From NCBI GenBank assembly GCA_964016885.1, contig OZ024741.1, forward strand, positions 236,530,001-236,594,000: a stretch of 64,000 bases of DNA. The letters are read 5' to 3'. This stretch comes from Eledone cirrhosa. Lineage: Eukaryota. Made by a program: the position numbers and the translations under genes. Under the pieces are notes generated by a model that was not told where the DNA came from, did not search any database, and saw only the letters and a program-made list of their open reading frames with translations. How positions within the stretch are numbered: the stretch's first letter is position 1; each line of letters begins with the position of its first letter. Positions 36,291 to 49,500 of the stretch are shown one piece after another.

Positions 36291-37003
36291 CTATATATAT
36301 ATATATCATCATCATCATCATCATCATTTTATGTCCGCTTTTCCCTGCTTGCAAGGGTGGGACGGGTCTTATTCATCACAGTATCTCTCCACTTGTCACG
36401 GTCATTCGTCATCTCCACCGTGAGCTTCAGCGATCTGAGTTCTGTTCTCACCACCTCCACCCATGTTTTTCGTGGTCTACCTCTACCACGTCTTCCTTCA
36501 ACTGACATTTCCTGGCACTCCTAAATAGAATATTCGTCTACGACTTCATTCATACCATAAACGTGGTTTTGTCTTTGCGTGTAATAGCTCCAAATAATGA
36601 CGTATTATCTTCGCTTTTTTCCGTTCATTGCCAGGGAACTTCTCCACGAACCAAAGTACTGTCTTCTTGTTTTCCTTCGGCTGCAACGTTTTTCGAAGTA
36701 TTTACTTCTGCGTTCACAGATTGATTTTTTTAGTTTCAGAAGATCCCGTTAAGAGTGAAAGCAGCGATTCTTTGCTTAAACTTTAATCTGTTATTTTAAT
36801 AAATATTTGCTCAAGGGTTCTTATATATTTGATATATATTTATCCTTATCGAGCCCTCTTTGGATTTTAGTCTTCAAATTTATTATTATTACTATACATA
36901 TATATATAGATATATATATATATCAAAATTATGTATTCATATATATATATATATCATCATCATCGTTTAACGTCTATCTTCCACGCTAGCATGGGTTTAG
37001 ATG

Positions 37004-37043
<40 letters not shown>

Positions 37044-37379
37044 AGTATATATATATTATGTAAACATACAAAGGTATTAATTAGTGAAGGTAATTATTAA
37101 AATTTAATAATAATCAGGTTAATTTTAATTTAACGTTTTTTTTTCCACACCAATTGTCTTGGTGGTGTTTTTTTTTCTTAGTTTTAAATGTTTCTTTATT
37201 TTGTTGAAACAAATTTCTCAGGTTTTATTCCAGTTATAGTTAACCATGTGTAAGGTAAGATGAGAGAATTCTTACCTAGCATGTCTCCACATGGTGGATA
37301 AGGGAAGGACATCTAGATATAGGGTCTATCAGTGAATATGGAAATAAACCTCCATGGATCAAACACCCTGGATGCTTTT

Positions 37380-37562
37380 TAGCTTAATAATGTATATTGT
37401 CACCTGGTCAATCGATGTTAGCAGTTGTTCACTTTGGGAATTTGGTGAATATTGATCTAAGATAGTTTCCTATGCTCAGCAAAGGAAACTATCTTAGGTC
37501 AATATTCACCAAATTCCCAAAGTGAACAACTTGACCAGGTGACAATATACATTATTAAGCTA
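37380..37562. repeat. Near-perfect foldback hairpin (arms of about 85 bp, 3-nt loop)
   Basis: TAGCTTAATAATG...TTTCCTATGC-TCA-GCAAAGGAAA...CATTATTAAGCTA with one 12-nt bulge. Confidence 0.9.
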
Positions 37563-37772
37563 CCGAAAGATTTTAAATGACTCTCTATAACCTGAACAAA
37601 CTCAAGAAAGATATATACATGTTTTTCCATATTCTCCTCACACTATGGCTGCAACTTACGAAAGGAAAAAAGACTGAACAGAAAAACAGAAAAAGAAAAA
37701 TTTCCATAGATATTTAAGTTTTAATGATAATTAGGAAAATTAAAATTTCTTGATAATCAAGAAAATTGAGAT

Positions 37773-37967
37773 TTAGTGAGTAGCAGAACAATTTTTGTCA
37801 AAAATACCATTCTTTTCCATATCATATATCGTGTAGATCCAAGTGAGATAGAATGATATTCTGCTAAATATTGTATTACTGACAGAAAACCCTCTAGAAT
37901 TGACCCCTGTCAACACATACTTCTTCCTGTAATTGCTGTAGCACCATAACCCAGCACCAGAGTCTCC
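37773..37967 (-). CDS. S1 serine protease gene B, last exon (catalytic Ser)
   Basis: TTTCAG acceptor. Encodes GDSGAGLWCYSNYRKKYVLTGVNSRGFSVSNTIFSRISFYLTWIYTIYDMEKNGIFDKNCSATH*. Confidence 0.92.
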   Translation of the reverse strand, partial: GDSGAGLWCYSNYRKKYVLTGVNSRGFSVSNTIFSRISFYLTWIYTIYDMEKNGIFDKNCSATH

Positions 37968-38034
37968 CTGAAATAGAAAGAAACAATATATTTTTTTATG
38001 ATAGAAAAAAATTAGCTGTTATATAAATGGCTCT

Positions 38035-38414
38035 CTTGTTGTTGTTGTTGTTGTTGTTGTTGTTCATCCATCTATCTGTTGTTGAGGGTGTTGTTGATGT
38101 TGTTGATGAAATTGTTAATGTTATAGTTGCTGTTCAGGGTGGTGGTGTTGTGGTTGTTGATGCTGCTGTTGTTATTGATGGTGTTGTAGCTCTTATTGAT
38201 GATGTTACTGGTAGTGTTGTTGATGATGATGTTGACAGTGTTGTTTCTGTTGTGATTGATGTTTTTGATGATGTTGTTGATGGTTGTTGTTGATGATGAT
38301 ATCCATCCATCCATCCATCCATCCATCCATCCATCCATCTATCTATCTATCTATCTAACGGTCTGTCTGTCTGTCCATCAATCTGTTTCTCTGTCCGCCT
38401 ATCCATCCATTCAT

Positions 38415-38496
<82 letters not shown>

Positions 38497-38497
38497 A
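38035..38497. repeat. Compound microsatellite (GTT)n/(ATCC)n/(CT)n filling intron 5 of gene B
   Basis: Direct reading. Confidence 0.85.
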
Positions 38498-38575
38498 TCT
38501 CTCACCACATGAATACTTAAAGTTAACATATTTAATACAGTCAGTGTGTTCAAACTGCCATAACAAATTACTTAC

Positions 38576-38727
38576 TTTAGCTGTGGTTTGTAATGCAGGC
38601 CGGAAACTCCTCATACACATCTCAGATCTGCGAGAGAACTTACTGTCTATCATTTTACAGAACTCTGGGTGGATTCGAACCATATAACCTTTGTGTAACA
38701 TTTTTGTGAATATTTTCTTTCTTCGAC
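38576..38727 (-). CDS. S1 serine protease gene B, exon 5
   Basis: TTGCAG acceptor, GTAAGT donor. Encodes RRKKIFTKMLHKGYMVRIHPEFCKMIDSKFSRRSEMCMRSFRPALQTTAK. Confidence 0.9.
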
Positions 38728-38984
38728 CTGCAAATAACAACAGATAAAAGAAGTGATAAATCGTGATATATTTTATTGTCAAAGAGGTAACAAATGGGAA
38801 AACATTACTATTACAAGGACAAACTATAAAAGAGTAGTGGGGCAGGGGAATTATATTGAGTTTTATAGAAACTAACAAATAGACCTGGGGCTATTAAACA
38901 ATAACAATTGCATCCTCAACACCATCATCAGTAACAACAACAACAATTCTACACAACTGCCTTTCAATATTATAACATTAGTAA

Positions 38985-39420
38985 GGGCGCTAGATTGGAA
39001 GTATCGGTAGAAGGTCGGACAACATGCTTTGCAGCATTGAGTTATGGCCCTTTATGCTCTGAGTTCAACTACTGCCAAGGTTAGCTTTGCCTTTGATCCT
39101 TACAGGGTTGATAAAATAAAGTACCACTAATGCACTGGTGCCGATTTAATCGACTTTCCCTTCCCCCAAAAATTGTAAGCCTTGTGCCTGAAATCAGAAA
39201 CTATATTATATCACTAAAAATGGTGGTGGATTAGCAGTATCATTAGAGCATCAAACAACATGCTTTGCAGTATTTAGTCATAGCTCTTTACGTCTTGAGT
39301 TTACCTTTCACCTTTCTGGAGATGAGAAAATAACGTACCAGTCAAGTAATAGGTTGATTTAATCAACTTTACTCTTTCCCAAATTTATTAGCCTTGTGTC
39401 AAATTTAGATATCAATATTA
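38985..39420 (+). mobile_element. Two tandem tRNA-derived SINE copies
   Basis: Similar to 16145-16329 at about 38985-39205 and 39221-39420. Confidence 0.78.
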
Positions 39421-39602
39421 TGACACAAATTCCACACCACATGTTCTACAGTCACCTTTCGATTACTATACCTTTTAATTATATCTACTCTGCAACTCAT
39501 CATGTATTCAGTGCTACCATGATCACTGAGTAACTACACATCTATGTATTTACCCCCTGAAAAAGATTTTTTCCCATTTTTTTTCTTTTCTTGCTCTCAT
39601 CT

Positions 39603-39780
39603 GTCGGCAGTATCGGTAGGCGGTCGGGCGCCATGCTTTCTAGCATAGAGTTACGTCCATTTACGGTCTGAGTTCAAATCCCGTCGAGGTTAACTTTGCC
39701 TTTCATCCTTACGGGGTCGATAAAATAAAGTACCAGTAATGCACTGGGTAATTGCTGGCCTTGTGCCAAATGTAGAAACA

Positions 39781-39813
<33 letters not shown>
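39603..39813 (+). mobile_element. tRNA-derived SINE whose (ATT)n tail hosts Tx1 copy B
   Basis: A and B boxes, conserved core, tail at 39781-39813. Confidence 0.88.
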
Positions 39814-40029
39814 GAATGCCATGGTTGACGGAGGCTCGGCTCTGTAAGGTACTGTAAATTTTGAACGCTATAACAATTGTAAATTGTTTAAAACTTAGAC
39901 CAACTTGTAGACAAAAACACCCTCCTCCTCGTGAGAGGGGTCTTTCTGTCCGTTATTTGGCCCTTCGGGGTTAAATAACTGCTTATTGGGGTTTTGTACC
40001 CAATATTTATTTTAAACAAAAAAAAGAAC

Positions 40030-42131
40030 ATGGCTACGAAAAAGAAATTTCATAGGTCACGCCCACTCATTCCGTCTTCTTCTTCCTCAGTCATCACTAC
40101 AGCAGAGAGAAAATTGTCTCTCTCCCTCCCTTCTTTAAATGTGTCTCTCTCCCTCCCTTCTCTTTCGCAAGCGACGAAAGAAAAGAAAAGTCTCGTGAAA
40201 AGCGTGCAAGGTTTCTCCACGACGACGACGACAGCGACGAAACAGGTGTGCGGGAAATACGAAAACCCAGTTCATTCGTCTGACGTCAGGAATAATAGCA
40301 GTAGCAGCCGTAATAACAACAGAAACAGTGACAATGAAAACAACAGTAGCAGTCGCAACAGCATCACCAGCAGCATAAACAACAACAGCATTAGCAGCAG
40401 CAACACCAACAACAACCACAGCAACAGCGGCGGAGGCAGTAGTCGTAGTACCTGCAGCAACAACAAAAGTACCAGCAGCTCTGACGACAACAACAACAAC
40501 AGCAGCAAAGAAAAACCAATCTCATTTGCAGGTATTGCGAAAAACTTGGAAACAATCCTCATAACAAATGAGGAATTAGAGGAAGCGAAGAAGATGGTGA
40601 CAAAGAATGGACACCGAGCAATCTGCAAGGCAGCGGAAAAATTTTTCGAAACGCAACAGCACTGTACGGTCACGTACCGTACAGTAAGTACAAATTCCGT
40701 AGGGTGGAAAGAGCCACAGAGGCTCAGATACAAAAAGCCTTGGGGTCTGTGTGGCAGCGGAAAACGCACATCACCCGAGGCAAAAAATATGCCACCGTAG
40801 ACGTACTTTTTGCCACACCCCAGGAGGCAAAGGCCCAATCCGTAGTGACCTTAAGGAGCGAGGAAATGGTGTTGGTGCCCTCTTACTGCGGGCAAAAAAT
40901 TGTGAGGGTCAAACTGACCCCCCCCCCCTCCGGAATGGCCCCTTCTTGGCTGGCCGCGTCTGTCCTCGTCGGAATCGAGGACAAAACAACTGTACTGCAA
41001 GTACAGAAAAAAGTAAGAGAAGATTGGGTCGGCACCTCCATTGAGATGCTAATCCAAACCAACCAGGAGTGCATCGAAGCTATCCCGGATGTGATAGACT
41101 TCGATAACGGCACTCAACTGCCCATAAGTGTTGAGGGAAAACGCCCGAAATGCTTTCGCTGTGGATCGAAGACTCACCTCAGGGCCTTCTGCAACGAGAA
41201 GACCCTGAGAAAGGAGAAAACCCCCCTCCTTCCAAAACCGGCTCCACGGCTACCAGCAACAGGACAAGCGGCAACCAGGAACGATAGGTCCGTGGCACCC
41301 ATACCCACGCCAAGGAAATCAAAAACAGCAGCAGCAGTGGAAATATTAACAACAACAACAGCAATACCAAATGCAGCTGCAACAGAGACTCCAGTGCAAA
41401 CATCACCAACAACAACAAGTGAAAGAGTGGAGCTGGTACCCCTCCCCGACCTCACAGAATCAGACATGGAGTGTGAGGTGGGAGAGGGATGGCAAAAGGT
41501 CGTAAGAAGGCACAAACGCAGAAACAGCGCATCGTCGCCCTTGAAAAGGGAGGAAAGAAATGAGAAAAGGGTAAAGTCTACTGCAAAGAGACCCACAGCA
41601 GCAACACCACCAACACCATCACCACCTACACTAGCACCACCATCACCACCGGCGACAACCCCACCGCCAACAACACCTTCAACACCACCACCACAAGCAC
41701 CAACATCGCAAACACAACAACAAAACACACACACCCAGCAACAACGACAAGAAAATAGCAGAACCACACCCCACCCCCAGAAAAACAAATGCACGGCAAT
41801 AAATACACACAACAAGAAACTAATGACTTACATAATTGAACACACAGACATTTCACAACAGGACTACATAATACCAGCACCAATCAAAACGCCAACTAAC
41901 ATAAGACTGCTAAAAATAGCACAGAAACAATACACAAACATTAAAACGAAATTCCCCAACGCAGTTGGTGATTTCAGGGACCTAGGAGGAACTATCAATC
42001 GAAGAGTATATTCAGACATTCTCTTAGAAGAGCCGACAACCAGCCGAAGGGACGATTCAACGGTCCCTTCACCAGACGATCAAGTGAAAAGGGATGTAAA
42101 AACCATCCCTCCTCTACCAAAAGTACGGTAA
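40030..42131 (+). pseudogene. Tx1 ORF1 with one frameshift near 40695 (reconstructs to about 700 aa)
   Basis: 1-nt loss relative to copy A (AAATCCCGT vs AATTCCGT). The rest is open, including the zinc knuckle. Confidence 0.85.
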
Positions 42132-42166
42132 GTGGTCTTTCCCATCTTTTCCACTCTATTTTAAAC

Positions 42167-45100
42167 ATGACCTCACTCAGAATAGGCAGCATAAATGCGC
42201 GTGGCTTGGGGTCGTCATGGAAGCAGGGTCACCTGCTCAACGACCTCAGGTCACTAAACATAGATGTAGTGGCCATCAGCGAGATCAGAATCTCCGAAGC
42301 ACGGGCCTTCGCACCGATCTTCGGCGGCTACGATGTGTACGCATCTCCCAGCCGTCCTGGATCGGGGGGAGGAGTTGCTGTGCTTTTTCGGAGAGGTTTG
42401 GATCTCGCCATACGGGCCATCTTCCTGGACCCAGAGGGTAAGCTGGTGGTGCTGGACGTGACCAGCGGAGACGGGCAAGCTTTCAGGCTAGTAGCCGTCT
42501 ATGCCCCGACAGGAGCAGGACGGCCTGATTTCTTCCGGCGTCTGGAGACCTTTCTTGGAACGTCCCGCTCTTTAGTGTTAGTGGGAGACTGGAACGGGAT
42601 CTTAGATGCACGCTGGGACTGTGTGGGATTAGAGGATAGGGGTGGAGGGTGCAAGAGCCTCACCAACCTGCTCAGGCGTTTTGAACTGTCTGACAGGTAC
42701 CGATTGGATTTCCCGAATGTGCTAATGTGGACTTGAACAAATCGCATAGGGTCATCCAGATCATATCTAGATAGAGTATTTTGTAGGGAAATAGATAGGT
42801 CTAGCATAGGCTGTCCACAATTCAAGATAGTCAGCTACACGGACCACAAATTCGTGATCTGTGTGCTTGACTTAGATAGGCTTCATAGACGAGGACCCGG
42901 CTACTGGAAGCTAAACGCGTCCTTACCAGCGCGCAAGGCCTACAGAGACCGGATTAGCGAACTAGTTAAGCGGGCGTTGACGGGGGCCATCGTCAACAAC
43001 AAGTGGTGGTTTGCTCTGAAAAGAGCGATTAGAATAGAATCCATTAGGTTTAGTAAGGCTTTAGCAATAGAGAAAAATAGAGCAGAGGGAGAACTAGTTA
43101 GAAAATTAGACGAGGCGCTTAGCAAAGGCATTGCGACCGACGTGCTTGCGGCGAGATTGGCCCTTGACCAATTCTTCAATGCAAAGCACGAAGGCTGCGT
43201 TGTCAGAGCAAGGGTGCGTGCTCTCAGACACGAGGGGACGAAAGCCGTTCAATGGGCCCGAGTGGCGGAGGCGCGTCGTGGCAACAAAGCCACGATCCGG
43301 TCTTTGGTGGACCACGACGGGCGCATGCTACTCGATCCCGGGCAAATGTGTGAAGCTTTTCAGCGACACTTCGCTCAGTTGTTCGGGGGCAGCGGTGGGC
43401 CGGGTCGAGGGATGGACTTTAGTGTCTACCTCGACGGACTGCCGCGGCTCTCGGCTACTGAAGCGAAGTGTTGCGAAAAGCCGATAACAGCCGCTGAAGT
43501 AAGGGAGGCAATGACTGGCTGCACAAGGGGTAAATCGCCTGGTTTGGATGCTCTGCCCTATGAACTTTACGTACAGATGCCAGACTTGTTCGGAGGCCTC
43601 TTGGCGGACGTCTACTGCAACTGGCAACAGAACGGGAGAATTCCCAGTTCTGTGAGCCGAGGAGCGGTGGCACTGCTGAGAAAGGATCCGAACAAGGAGG
43701 ATAACATAGATAATTTCCGGCCCATAACTCTGCTAAACACAGAGTTCAAGATTTTGGCCAAGGTGCTAGCAAAGAGGTTGGCGCTTGTCGTTGGTGGTCT
43801 GGTGGGAGAGGCGCAGACATGCGCCATTCCCGACAAATCCATCCACGACAACCTCCACCTCATGCGATACATCGTAGAGAGGGTAGCTAAGGAACCTGGC
43901 ACGGGTGGGTCCTTGATCAATTTAGATCAGTCGAAAGCTTTCGATAGGGTCGACCATCGTTACCTAGCGGCAGTCCTGAGGGCGGCTGGCTTTGGGCCCG
44001 TCTTCAGAGGCTGGATCGCTGCCATGCACAGCGACATCTGCTCTGTGGTGAGAGTGAACGGTCACCTGTCGGAACCGTTCAACATCATGCGCTCGGTCCG
44101 CCAAGGATGTCCCCTCTCGTCCCTCTTGTACGTATTGACTCTCGAGCCATTACTGCACAAACTGGAGACGTTGAGGGGAGTCCCGCGCGAACTAGGATGC
44201 GGAAGATCCGTGTCAGCATATGCGGACGATGTCACCGTAGTGGTGTCGAACGCCAAACACATCGAGGCGATCGGCACTACACTAAGAGAATACGAAGCGG
44301 TGACAGGAGCAATGATCAACCAGGAAAAGTCAGTGGGCCTGCAGCTCGGCACCTGGAGAGGCAGGTCCATGCCGTCCAACAGCGTCGTCGGACGCTGGAC
44401 GGACGGACCGGTTAAATTGCTAGGGGTCTGGTTCGGTCCGGACCTCCAGACGGACAAAAACTGGGACGAGGTGACGAGCAGGGTGGCTTCTCTCACCCAG
44501 AAATGGGCGGAGAGGAAGCTATCCCTGAAAGGTCGAGCGGAGGTGGCTAACGCGTACATCGCGTCTGTCATCTGCTACCGCCTGACCGTCGTACCTTGTC
44601 CTAAGCCTCGCCTGACTGCGCTGGAGCGTTTGCTCTTTCGCTTTTTGTGGAAGGGACGCGCTCCGATGGTGAGGCGGTCCATCTGTTGTCAACACCCGCT
44701 ACGTGGAGGGCTGGGCATGCCGTGGCTGATGATGCGCAGGCACGCGCTCAGGCTACGACATCTCCACCTCTTCCTCGACGGTGATCAGGTGTGGTCGCCG
44801 TTTGCTAGACACGTATTTCCCCAGCTCGTTTCCTTGACGGAGCTGCAGTCCTGGGTCAAGCGAAGACCGAGAGGGAGCGCCTGGAGACTGGAATGTCTTC
44901 AGGCGCTCACAGCCCTCGACCAATCGGGCAATGTGATCGGTGGAAACTCCACCTCGGCGTTCTATAGAGGATTAGCGGAGGGAAAAGCGACGACGTACTT
45001 GGGGTAACTCTAGGCCTCGACGAAAATCAACTAGCCAATCTCTTCGGAAGAACTTTCGGGCCAGGGCCTATGGACAACTTCCAGAAATCCCTGGCCTGGC

Positions 45101-45585
45101 AGTGCTACCGAGGAGCCTTGCCAGTTCGGGATAAACTCTACAGGCATGGAGGTGCCGTCAGCCGGGCATGTCCGAGATGCGCGCAGGGCGACGAAACCGT
45201 CCTGCACGCACTCGTCCAGTGTCCGAAAATTGCTGACTTGTGGGTTTATGTCGAACACCTGCTGTCGCGTTTAGGACGGATCCGGCTATCATCTGAGTCC
45301 ATCGTGAGGATTGCCCCGCCCTCCTCCTTTAGCCGGAAAGGGCAGGCAGTTTTTATCTGTCTGGTGGCCATGGCGAAAGAGATAGTATGGTGGACACGTT
45401 TGAAAGGGCTGAAGACGAGCACTTACCTCTTCGGTGATGCTCTGATTGACTTTTTCAAATTTGATTTGAAAAGGAAAATCAGAGTAGAGAGGGAAGTGCT
45501 CTCTTCCCAGCATTTTGTTGAAAGATGGGTGAGAGAAGCAAGAATGGCCCGAGTGAATGGGCCTACTCTGAGTATATATCTGTAA
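42167..45585 (+). pseudogene. Tx1 ORF2 with nonsense codon (42734-42736) and frameshift (about 44985)
   Basis: TGG->TGA and a 1-nt deletion relative to the intact ORF2 of copy A. Confidence 0.9.
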
Positions 45586-45821
45586 ATTAAAGGTGGAAAA
45601 CTGGGAGAGGGCACTTGCCTTGGTGGTCAGGGTCATTGTGGCTTTTTACTGGGCTTTCTCCACAAATGTCCCTCCGAAGTCTCCCCCCTATTGGGGAATT
45701 TTTCATTGTTATTTTCATTGTTATTTTTGTTACATCCCCTGTTTTTGTTTTTTACACGCAGAAATGCCCTGCACTGTCCTTAATGTCTACTTTATGTAAA
45801 CCCTTGTGGTTAATAAAGAAA

Positions 45822-45865
<44 letters not shown>

Positions 45866-45877
45866 GTTATTATTATT

Positions 45878-48800
45878 CCTTGAATCTCAGTCATTGATGT
45901 TGGTTAACTGGAAAGTCCGTTGGAATGAATATCAAGCCACTACCTGCAGCCTCAGATATTCAGGACGTATTGGAGGGTTCTTGCTGTTCCCAGCAAGCAT
46001 GCCTTTTGAAGCGTTCCAAAAAGCGGGGCGGGGCCAATTTTCTTTAACCATCCCTGGAAACTTTTGGAGATAGTCCCCAGTGCGCCTATGACAATCGGGA
46101 TCACTTTGACTTCATGGCAGTTCCAAATCCTTTTCACCTCCCACTTTAGGTCCTGGTATCGGTTAATTTTCTCCCTCTCCTTCTCTTGCACTCTCGTGTC
46201 GAATGGGCAGGCCACATCCACAATCAGACACGATCTTTTTTCTTTGTCCACAACCACCAGGTCAGGTTTATTGTGTTCCAGTTTCTTGTCCGTCTGTATC
46301 CTAAAATCCCACAGCACCTTCACCTGATCGTTCTCCATCACCGCCTCTGGCCTATGCTCATACCATTTCTCAGAATGTGGTAAATTGTTTACTTTGCACA
46401 GGTGCCAGTGGATCACCCTGCCCATCACATCATGTCTCCAGCCCTTATAGTGGGTCTGGGCTAGGTGTTTACACTCGGATACAATGTGAGCCACAGTCTC
46501 CTCTCTCTCTCCACAGATCCTGCACAGTGGGCTAGCCTCCTCCTTGTAAATATGGTGTTTCAACCACTTCGTTTTGAGGGCCTGCTCCTGTGCAGCCATT
46601 AACATTCCTTCTGTAGCCTTTTTGAGGTCTCCTCTTCTCAACCAGTTCCATGTCTGTGGATCTCTAAATTCAGTTTTCTCAAAGAAGGTACTATGAAGGG
46701 ATTTTCCCTGAAGGCTGCTCTTTCTCCTTGATGTTATTTCCTCCTTGGATATCCCCTGACCTATCGTCCCCTCCTTCAGTACAGTTCTGAGCATTGGCTC
46801 TTTACTATCAGTCACGTATTTGTATAGGTTGTTTTTCTCCATCTGAACACAGTCCTCTATGCTGATGAGACCTCTTCCACCCTCAGATCTCCTTAGGTAG
46901 AGTCTATCGACATCACTCCTCTTGTGGAACATGTTGTAGATAGTCAATAGCTTCCTAGTCTTCCTATCCATTTCTTTTTGTTCAGCAACATTCCATCTCA
47001 GAATTCCCGCACTGTACCTAATAATGGACACAGCTCGGGAATTTACTGCGCTTATGGCATTTCTGCTGTTCAGATGTGACTTCAATACGCTCCTTACTCT
47101 CCGAATGTATTCAGTTCTTAACAATTCCTTCATTTTTTTGTTCTTGATGCCATCAGCCTCCAGAACGCCCAAATACTTGTATCCTTCCTCAGAGTCAATT
47201 TCCTTTATCATCTCACCTGTTGGTATCTGGATTCCGTTACTTCTGCTCAACCTACCCCTCCTCATCACAATGACTCCACACTTACTAATACCAAACTGCA
47301 TACATATATCACTGCTGAAAATACGGATAGTGTCAACAAGCACATCCAACTCCTTCTCACTCTTCCCGAGGAGCTTAAGATCGTCCATGAAGAGGAGGTG
47401 ATTGATGGTAAGCTCTCCCTTTCCCAACTTGTATCCTGCTCTCACTTTTCGCAGCATAATGGTCAAGGGAATCAGGGCAAGGACAAACAACAGAGGGGAC
47501 AAGCTATCTCCCTGGAAGATACCTCTCTTGATCTTCACGCTTCCCAAGGATTCTCCAGTTGATGTCAACTCTGTCTCCCAGGACCCCATACTCCTGCCCA
47601 GCAACTGTCTGATGTTATCTGCCACCTTGAAGATCTCCAGGCTTTTGGTGATCCAAGAATGAGGCACCATGTCAAATGCCTTTCTGTAGTCTATCCATCC
47701 CATGGCAAGATCAGTGTGTCTCCTCCTGCAATTCCCCATTACCATCTTATCAATAAGTAACTGGTCCTTTGTACCACGTGACTTCTTTCGGCATCCTTTC
47801 TGTTCGTCCGGTAACAAGTTGTTTGTGTGGAGGTGATGGTAGATTTCCTCAGACACAATGCTCGTCAACAGTTTCCACATTACGGACAGACATGTGATAG
47901 GTCTATAGTTGGTAACATCATTACCCTTGATTCGGTCTTTCATTATCAGAACTGTGGTACCTTTTGTCAACCACTCTGGCACCTCACCCGACACCAAGCA
48001 GTCATTGAACATGGCCGTCAGTTTCGGGTGGAGGGATGTTAAATTTTTAATCCAATACCCCTGCACACCATCTGGGCCTGGTGATTTCCAGTTGGTTAGT
48101 TTTTTGGCCTGCCCCTTAAGAGTTTCAACTGTGATACTCAAATCAGTTTGTTGGTGTGCCTGCTCACCGATCTCCCTCTGTACTGTCTCAATCCACCATG
48201 CCTGGTCATTATGTCTAACATCCTGCTCCCATATTCCTCTCCAGAATGTTTTAGTTTGTTCCGCCTCAGGGATCAAGTCGTTGCCTCTTTCTTTCCCCTC
48301 AAGCTGTCCAAACAGCATCTTCTGGTTGTTGTCGAACATGCGGTTCTGTTTATACTGACTGACTGTTCTCGTATCGCCTGATTTTTGCACTCTTTGCTAC
48401 AATGCGTTGCTTCAGTTCCTCTATGATAATATTTAGCTTTTTCCTCCTAGTTTTGTACTTTATTTCCAGTCTATTTTTAGTGCCTATGTTTTTTAGTGTC
48501 CCATTCAGTAGTGACTCAAGCTTTCCTATGTCATTTCTCATTTCCTTGATTTGACCACTCAGTCGTTTCTTCCACCAAGGCTCTGCTCTTTCTTGTCTGT
48601 TGTTTCCTCTCGCTTTTATACCAAGTAGTTTCCTCACCGTATTTGCTGTTGCTTTGAGGATATTGTTGCACTGGTGAAGGCTCCTCGCCTCAAGGTATGG
48701 GATGACTTTGTTTACCTTAGCTGTTGTTTCTTTTAACTTTTTCCTGTCTACAAATCTTAGGTTCATAGGTCTCCCACTATCATTGTTCAATTCATCTACC

Positions 48801-49500
48801 ACTAAATTTAGCTTGTCAACCGAATCTTGTCCTAGCCCGTCAGCATTCATCTCCTCAGTGGCCGTATCTCTGTTCCAGGTATTATTTATCTCAGTATTCA
48901 GATCATTGTCTGCTTCGGGTGGTTCCTCCGTTCTCTCGACCTCTTCACCTTCATTTCCCACTGGCTCGTTTGTCTGGCATACTACACCCTCCATCTCCAA
49001 GCTATTCTCTCTGCTCAGTTCCTCCAGTTCCAGCTCGCTTATCCACCCATTAGTTCTTATTACCCGAGCCTGCCCGGCCAATTTTTGTTCATCTAATTTA
49101 AATAGACCAATCTCGTTCCAGATGTTATGCATCCGTCTCCTATAGCCCCTCTCCTTGGGGTTACTTTTCAGGTAACATTGCATAACAGTTCTATTCAATT
49201 CTTTCGTCCAGTTGGTTCTGGCCCCTTTCCTTCTTCTTCTTCATCCAACACCAGCAGTATTTGGTTGACAGTCAGGTTCCTGCTGCTGAGCCAGGGAGCA
49301 CCTGTTGGGTGAGAGTCTGTCACATGACGTTCTAGTCTCCTTTTCACCGTTATTCGAACTGTTTAGGTTCGATATTTAAACACTCTTATCGAGGATTGGC
49401 GAATGTATGGTTACATAGCCATCTGTGGATTCACCGTCTCCAGTGGTTGCGCTGCTCCACTTGGCTCTTGTGTGGCATTATCACCACGCTGTAGACGAAC
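45878..49500 (-). mobile_element. Near full-length R4/Dong-clade non-LTR retrotransposon
   Basis: N-terminal RTNWTKELNRTVMQCY, RT, CCHC and RLE. (TAA)n tail. 5' boundary approximate. Confidence 0.88.
45952..49198 (-). pseudogene. R4/Dong ORF (RT + CCHC + RLE) with one frameshift near 48360
   Basis: The 282-aa and 812-aa frames overlap at a CTGA duplication. Motifs WKSPGPDG, DYRKAFD, GIFQGDSLSP, LFMDD, PD..D..EK..RY. Confidence 0.88.

Larger units (their letters stand above)
39814..45823 (+). mobile_element. Full-length Tx1-clade LINE, copy B (intron 4 of gene B, antisense)
   Basis: Same termini as copy A. (ATT)n on both sides. Confidence 0.92.

Noticed and set aside
38027-38687. Hydrophobic Val/Asp-rich and SLSL ORFs
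   Set aside because: Translations of microsatellites in intron 5 of gene B.
25958-45823. The two Tx1 copies as a segmental duplication or assembly duplicate
   Set aside because: Similarity stops at the element termini, the flanks differ, and each copy has private mutations.
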